Assembly (NCBI GenBank): GCA_046753405.1
Contig: JBHHTN010000007.1
Location: 1-20,879 of the forward strand
Length of the DNA: 20,879 nucleotides
Reading direction: 5' to 3'
Source: Candidatus Micrarchaeia archaeon
Lineage (GTDB): Archaea > Micrarchaeota > Micrarchaeia > Norongarragalinales > CAINOH01
Shown here: one piece after another, positions 16,471 to 20,879 of the stretch
Numbering within the stretch: the stretch's first letter is position 1
Layout of the letters: each line of letters starts with the position of its first letter
Position numbers and translations under genes: made by a program
Notes under the pieces: model-generated
What the model saw: the letters and a program-made list of their open reading frames with translations, nothing else
The model's database searches: none
What the model was told of the DNA's origin: nothing

Positions 16471-17025
16471 ATGGTTTCGAGGATTGTTTTTCCAGGAGAG
16501 TGTGTTGCGGTTTCCGAGGAGTTTGCCGCTGAGCGGGGCACTGTGGAAACTAAAGACGGAAAGATTCTTTCTGTTTGTGTTGGCAACGCGGTTTTGGATT
16601 CTAACAAGCGTAGTGCGGGCGTTAAGTGCGCAAAGCTCGCAGAACGCCTTTCTGCAGGAGACTTGGTTTATGGTTCGGTTCAAGACGTTTATGACTCTGT
16701 TTCTTTGGTGCGTTTTCAGCCTGTGGAGGAAAACGGCGTTTTCAAAGCGTCAAGCCGTACTTACGCGTACCTGCGTATTTCCGAAATACAACGCGGTTAT
16801 GTTGAGTCTTTTCGGGATGTTCTTAAAATAGGCGATTACATTCGTGCTCGTGTCAAGGAAATAACGCCTTTGGGGGTTTACTTGACTGTAATGGATGTTG
16901 ATTTGGGCGTGGTGCGTGCGCACTGTTCCAAGTGCAGGGCGCATCTTCAGGAGCGTGGACGGCTTTTTGTCTGCTTTGCGTGCGGGTTTAAAGAAACGCG
17001 GAAGGCAGCGCGGAAAAGCCGTTGA
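16471..17025 (+). CDS. csl4: Exosome complex RNA-binding subunit Csl4 (S1 domain plus C-terminal Zn-ribbon)
   Basis: The product is 184 aa. An S1-like central domain is present. The C-terminus carries a CSKC...CFAC zinc ribbon. Confidence 0.75.
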   Translation: MVSRIVFPGECVAVSEEFAAERGTVETKDGKILSVCVGNAVLDSNKRSAGVKCAKLAERLSAGDLVYGSVQDVYDSVSLVRFQPVEENGVFKASSRTYAYLRISEIQRGYVESFRDVLKIGDYIRARVKEITPLGVYLTVMDVDLGVVRAHCSKCRAHLQERGRLFVCFACGFKETRKAARKSR

Positions 17026-17069
17026 AAATGAACGTTTGCTAATATCAAAAGGGAGTTGTTTTGAAAAAG

Positions 17070-17336
17070 ATGAATGTTGAAACTTTAAAAGATGAAGAAG
17101 GGTTTTTGGAAGTAAAGCTTTCAGGAGAGGACTTGGGCGTTGCAAGCTTGGTTGTAGAAAGGCTTTTGCATAACAAGTCCGTTGCTTTTGCAGGCGCAAA
17201 GCTTGACCATCCTATCAAGGGAAACCCCGTGATAACCGTCAAGGCAAAGAATGCAAAAAAAGAATTGCAAAAAGCTGTTTCCGAGGTTGCAAAGGACATG
17301 GATAAGTTGCAGAAGGAATTGGAAAAAGCCAAGTGA
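17070..17336 (+). CDS. rpoL: DNA-directed RNA polymerase subunit L (Rpo11)
   Basis: The product is about 88 aa. FLEVKLSGEDLGVASLVVERLLHNKSVAFAGAKLDHP matches the RpoL/Rpb11 fold pattern. GGGAG lies 13 nt upstream of this ATG. The tracked ORF starts at a TTG at 17061. Confidence 0.7.
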   Translation: MNVETLKDEEGFLEVKLSGEDLGVASLVVERLLHNKSVAFAGAKLDHPIKGNPVITVKAKNAKKELQKAVSEVAKDMDKLQKELEKAK

Positions 17337-17349
17337 GTTTTTGCTGCTT

Positions 17350-18177
17350 ATGGCACGTTCCAAAAAAACAAGTAATCGTAAAAAGCAAGAAAAAGCCGTT
17401 GAAGCTTCTTTTTTGTCACAGTACGCTCATTACTTGGCTCTTGTAACCTTTCTGGCGTTGTACTTGTTCTTTTCAAACACTGCTTTGCAACTTCTTTTTG
17501 GAGTTTTAGTGTTCCTTTCGCTGGTTTTTGTTCTTGTGAAAGAGTTGTCTCCGTCGGATTGGAGCAAAAGCGGGCTTTTGGAGTTTGCAAGGGAAACAGG
17601 AACTGCTTTTGTTGCTGCTTTGGTTTTCTGGTTCTTGATTTCTTTTTTGCTTTACACGTCGAAGCCTTTGGATGTCGTAACTTCGTGCAGCATGCGTCCG
17701 GTTCTGGATCGAGGGGACATGATTGTGATACAAGGCGGGAGTGTTAAAGCGCAGGTGGTGGAGGTTCAAAACGAGTCAAAGCCGTTTGTTCCCTTAAGGC
17801 GGGTTTGCACGAGAACTTTCAACGACGGGTCAAACGTTTCGCTTCTTTGTACTGCGGGTCTTGAAATAGAAGGAAACGAGTATTTGTTTGACAAGTCAAA
17901 CGATGTCATAGTCTTTGATTCCAACTCGGTTGGCGGTTTGGTGGTGCACCGTGTGGCGCTTGCAATAACAACCGTTGATGGTAAAACAAGGTTTTTGACT
18001 AAAGGAGACAACAATCCTTCGCTTGACCAAGAAGCACGCTTTTTTCCAGCTGTTGAAGAAGAAAGCGTTCATGGAAGGCTTTTGTTTCGCATTCCGTTGA
18101 TTGGATACTTGAAATTGCTGCTCTTTGGGCAGTTTCAAACGCCTCCTGGGTGCGAGTCAGCGCAAACAAACCTTTGA
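17350..18177 (+). CDS. Signal peptidase I of the archaeal/eukaryotic Sec11 type
   Basis: The ATG (MARSKK) is followed by a TM helix and the catalytic Ser box VVTSCSMRPVLDRGDMIVIQG, which resembles SGSMEPxLxxGD. The tracked ORF start at 17251 overlaps rpoL and is unlikely to be real. Confidence 0.75.
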   Translation: MARSKKTSNRKKQEKAVEASFLSQYAHYLALVTFLALYLFFSNTALQLLFGVLVFLSLVFVLVKELSPSDWSKSGLLEFARETGTAFVAALVFWFLISFLLYTSKPLDVVTSCSMRPVLDRGDMIVIQGGSVKAQVVEVQNESKPFVPLRRVCTRTFNDGSNVSLLCTAGLEIEGNEYLFDKSNDVIVFDSNSVGGLVVHRVALAITTVDGKTRFLTKGDNNPSLDQEARFFPAVEEESVHGRLLFRIPLIGYLKLLLFGQFQTPPGCESAQTNL

Positions 18178-18258
18178 CCGGCGCTGGTTTGAAACAAGCC
18201 TTTTTAACTTTCACACCCCTTAGACTTCAATATATTTCTTAAAGGAGGGTTTGTCAAA

Positions 18259-19008
18259 ATGCAGCTTCAGGTAGATGACGCCAAGTTCTTCAAGCAGTGC
18301 GTGGATGCAATTGTAAACTTGGTTGAAGAAGGCACTTTTGACGTTTCTTCCCAGGGTTTGAAGCTTCGTTCAATGGACCCGTCACAAATTGCCATGGTTG
18401 ACTTTTCGTTGCCAAAAGAAGCGTTCAAAAAACTTGAAGCCGACTCTGGCGCGCTTTTGGGCGTTAACTTGTCGGATTTAAGCAAAGTTTTGTCTCGTGC
18501 TAGAAGTAGCGAGTCACTGACAATTTCAGTTGACGAAAAAGAAGCCAATAAGTTGGAGCTTGAATTCAAAGGTGAAAGCAGGAGAAACTTCAAACTACCT
18601 CTTTTGGATTTGTCTGCGTCAACTGCTAAGGAACTCAAAATACCTTTTGCTGCGAAAGTGAAAGTGAAGGGGGGAGCGTTCAAAGACTTGCTTAAAGACG
18701 CTGCGTTGTTGTCCTCGCACGTCGCGCTTGAGGCGGACGAAAACGCTTTTTTCGTTGACGCTCACGGCGATGCTGGGGATTTGCGGACGGAAACTAAAAA
18801 AGACACGTCCTCAATTTCAGAGTTGAAAACAACGGAGAAAGCGCGTTCAATGTTTCCATTTGAATACCTTGACGATATTTCCCGTGCTTGTCCGGACGAG
18901 GAAGACATGTCAATAGAACTTAAAACAGACGCTCCTGTAAAAATTTCCTATAAAATCGGAAAAGCGCAACTTTCCTACTTTTTGGCACCGCGCGTGGAAA
19001 CAATCTGA
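18259..19008 (+). CDS. pcn: DNA polymerase sliding clamp PCNA
   Basis: The 249-aa product has the PCNA N-terminus (FFKQCVDAIVNLVEEGTFDVSSQGLKLRSMDPSQIAMVDFSLPKEAF) and an acidic C-terminal half. Confidence 0.85.
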   Translation: MQLQVDDAKFFKQCVDAIVNLVEEGTFDVSSQGLKLRSMDPSQIAMVDFSLPKEAFKKLEADSGALLGVNLSDLSKVLSRARSSESLTISVDEKEANKLELEFKGESRRNFKLPLLDLSASTAKELKIPFAAKVKVKGGAFKDLLKDAALLSSHVALEADENAFFVDAHGDAGDLRTETKKDTSSISELKTTEKARSMFPFEYLDDISRACPDEEDMSIELKTDAPVKISYKIGKAQLSYFLAPRVETI

Positions 19009-19060
19009 TTCAGGAGCGGAAAGTCAAGGATTAAAATGCGTTTGAACTCTTCTTATTGTT

Positions 19061-20299
19061 ATGGCTGCCTCAAGCCGTAAATTCCGCGCTTCCTCTGGTG
19101 CTTTGTCCAAGGTCAGGTCCAAGCAGGGTTTGAAGTTCAAGTGGAAAGGGCACTTGCGAACCATTTTGAAGCATTATCAGAGTTTTTACGGTTTAAAAGA
19201 CGTCGGCACAATCGAACGGGCATTCTGGTTTTCGGCAAAAGCGCATGAAGGGCAAAAGCGTGCAGACAAAAAAACCGATTACTTTTCGCACCCGGTTTTT
19301 GTTGCAGGGCTTGCCGCGCAAACGGGTTCTGACGCGAAGATAGTCGCCGCCTGTCTTTTGCACGATGTTGCCGAAGACTGCAACGTTTCTTTTCATACTC
19401 TTAGAAAAAATTTTGGAAGAGAAATTGCCGGAATAGTTGACTTTGTTTCAAAGCCAAAGGTTTCAGGGAGCAATTGTGTTCACTTGCACGATCCCCGTTA
19501 CACTAAATTGAATGACGAGCATCACTTTCCGAAAGGCGATTTGTTGCGGTTGGCGTCTTCGGAGTATTTTTACCAGCGTCTTCACAGTTTGGGCGGTTCA
19601 AGGCCTCTTTTCGTCAAGCTTTTTGACAACTTGCACAACATGCAGACAATTACGAATTTGAACCGGCAAAAGAGAGAAGTCAACATTTCAGAGTGCCTAA
19701 AGTATAATTTGTGGATTGCCCAGAAGGTGCATCCGCGGCTTTACAAACAGTTTTTGAAAGCAGTGTACAAGGGGCTTAAGTCCGTTGGAAAAAACAAACG
19801 GGAAATCCAGCTAATTGTCCGGGGAAACGTTCCTCGCAATAGAAAGCGAGCTGCTGACCGAATTATTAAAACTCATCGTTTGTTTGACTATGATTACTTT
19901 CGGGCTTTTGTGCCCGAAGACGAGAAAACCGTTTTAGTGTATCACTTGACGGACAGTGGAAAGCGTTTTATTCGTCTGCCTCGCGGGGGAGTGCTGGCAA
20001 GACTTTCTTACCTTCCAAGCACGCAAGTTGTCATGCGAAGATTTCCTAAAATTTCAAGCATGCGTAAGGAGACTGAAAAAAGGATGATTAAAAATGCGAA
20101 GGGCATTCTTGAAAAAGAAAAACTTAAAGTGAAATTTACAAGGCATAACTACCCGTTGTTTTACCGCAACGCGTGCCTGTTTGAATTAATGCAAAGTGTT
20201 AAGCAACTGCCTAATTCGAGGCTTTCCAGAGTGCTTGGAAAAATCGAAGAAAAACACTTCAAGCGGGGTTTGCGTCGTTTCAACGTGAAAAAGGGTTAA
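19061..20299 (+). CDS. RelA/SpoT-homolog HD-domain protein (small-alarmone-hydrolase-like (p)ppGpp hydrolase domain) with an unrecognised ~200-aa basic C-terminal extension
   Basis: AHEGQKR, HPVFVAGLAA, LLHDVAEDC, TLRKNFGREIAGIVDFVSK and KLFDNLHNMQTI match the conserved blocks of the RSH hydrolase domain in order. The C-terminal ~200 aa are K/R-rich and show no synthetase motifs. Confidence 0.7.
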   Translation: MAASSRKFRASSGALSKVRSKQGLKFKWKGHLRTILKHYQSFYGLKDVGTIERAFWFSAKAHEGQKRADKKTDYFSHPVFVAGLAAQTGSDAKIVAACLLHDVAEDCNVSFHTLRKNFGREIAGIVDFVSKPKVSGSNCVHLHDPRYTKLNDEHHFPKGDLLRLASSEYFYQRLHSLGGSRPLFVKLFDNLHNMQTITNLNRQKREVNISECLKYNLWIAQKVHPRLYKQFLKAVYKGLKSVGKNKREIQLIVRGNVPRNRKRAADRIIKTHRLFDYDYFRAFVPEDEKTVLVYHLTDSGKRFIRLPRGGVLARLSYLPSTQVVMRRFPKISSMRKETEKRMIKNAKGILEKEKLKVKFTRHNYPLFYRNACLFELMQSVKQLPNSRLSRVLGKIEEKHFKRGLRRFNVKKG

Positions 20300-20316
20300 C
20301 CGGTTGTTTTAGGAAA

Positions 20317-20879
20317 ATGACTCCGCGGGAACTTAAAGAATTGAAGGGGAAGCGCAGGGTTTGCGCGCTTACTTGCTATGATTATTCATCTGCACGGGTT
20401 TTGGATCGTGCAGGTGTGGACGTTCTTCTTGTCGGCGATTCTTTGGGCATGGTTGTTTTAGGTTATGATGACACAAAGAGCGTGACTATGCAAGACATGT
20501 TGTCTCACACCGCGGCAGTATGCCGCGGCGCTCAAAAGACTTTGGTTGTAGGCGACATGCCCATTGGCACTTACGGCTCTTCGCAAAAAGCGTTGCAAAA
20601 CGCAAAGTGCTTCATTGACGCCGGCGCGCACGCCGTGAAACTTGAAGGCCCTGTTTTCGAACAAGCAAGGTTGTTAGTTGAAAACAAGGTTCCCGTGATG
20701 GGGCATCTTGGCTTGCTTCCGCAGACTGCCAAGGATTACAAAGTGCAAGGCAAAACACAAGGGGAAGGCGAAAAAATTTTGAAGGACGCGGTTGCCTTGG
20801 AAAAAACAGGCGTGTTTGCAATTGTTTTGGAGTGTGTTCCCTCAAGCCTTGCAAAAAAAATCACTCAAACAATTTCAGT
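20317..20879 (+). CDS. panB: 3-methyl-2-oxobutanoate (ketopantoate) hydroxymethyltransferase, 3'-truncated by the window edge
   Basis: LTCYDYSSARVLDRAGVDVLLVGDSLGMVVLGYDDT and VVGDMPIGTYG are canonical PanB motifs. It starts at the ATG at 20317 and is open to the window end, so it is absent from the ORF track. Confidence 0.8.
   Translation, partial: MTPRELKELKGKRRVCALTCYDYSSARVLDRAGVDVLLVGDSLGMVVLGYDDTKSVTMQDMLSHTAAVCRGAQKTLVVGDMPIGTYGSSQKALQNAKCFIDAGAHAVKLEGPVFEQARLLVENKVPVMGHLGLLPQTAKDYKVQGKTQGEGEKILKDAVALEKTGVFAIVLECVPSSLAKKITQTIS

Noticed and set aside
19700-20299. Looked for a (p)ppGpp synthetase domain in the C-terminal half of the RSH-like protein
   Set aside because: No RxKxxxSxxxK, DxxGxRII or QIRT-type synthetase blocks are present. 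The extension is therefore left as an unknown basic domain rather than called a bifunctional Rel.

Overview
This window looks like a gene-dense archaeal chromosome segment; the organism is probably an uncultivated, DPANN-like archaeon. The archaeal markers are PCNA, exosome Csl4, RNA polymerase subunit L, Sec11-type signal peptidase, membrane-bound LonB and a bacterial-type MetK. Gene order on the + strand is a 2-oxoacid:ferredoxin oxidoreductase cluster (porD, porA, an embedded HTH-fused riboflavin kinase gene, porB), then bacterial-type metK, then lonB. On the - strand a Cys-rich membrane protein and RNase Z sit between porB and metK. Downstream of lonB there is a ~650 bp pyrimidine-rich non-coding spacer full of inverted repeats. 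Beyond it lie a membrane-protein cluster (DUF373 protein, atypical kinase, SPFH protein, SpoIIM-like protein) and a housekeeping block (csl4, rpoL, signal peptidase, pcna, a RelA/SpoT-type HD-domain protein, and panB truncated by the window edge). The most striking signal is three inteins within about 7.5 kb, each interrupting a catalytic motif. The first lies in the TPP-binding GDG motif of PorB and the second in the GGGAFSGKD triphosphate loop of MetK; both carry intact LAGLIDADG homing-endonuclease blocks. The third is a Ser-initiated mini-intein in the DPFQ/SGGLGTP motif of LonB. No CRISPR array, tRNA or rRNA was found. All assignments rest on motif recognition by eye and were not checked against any database.
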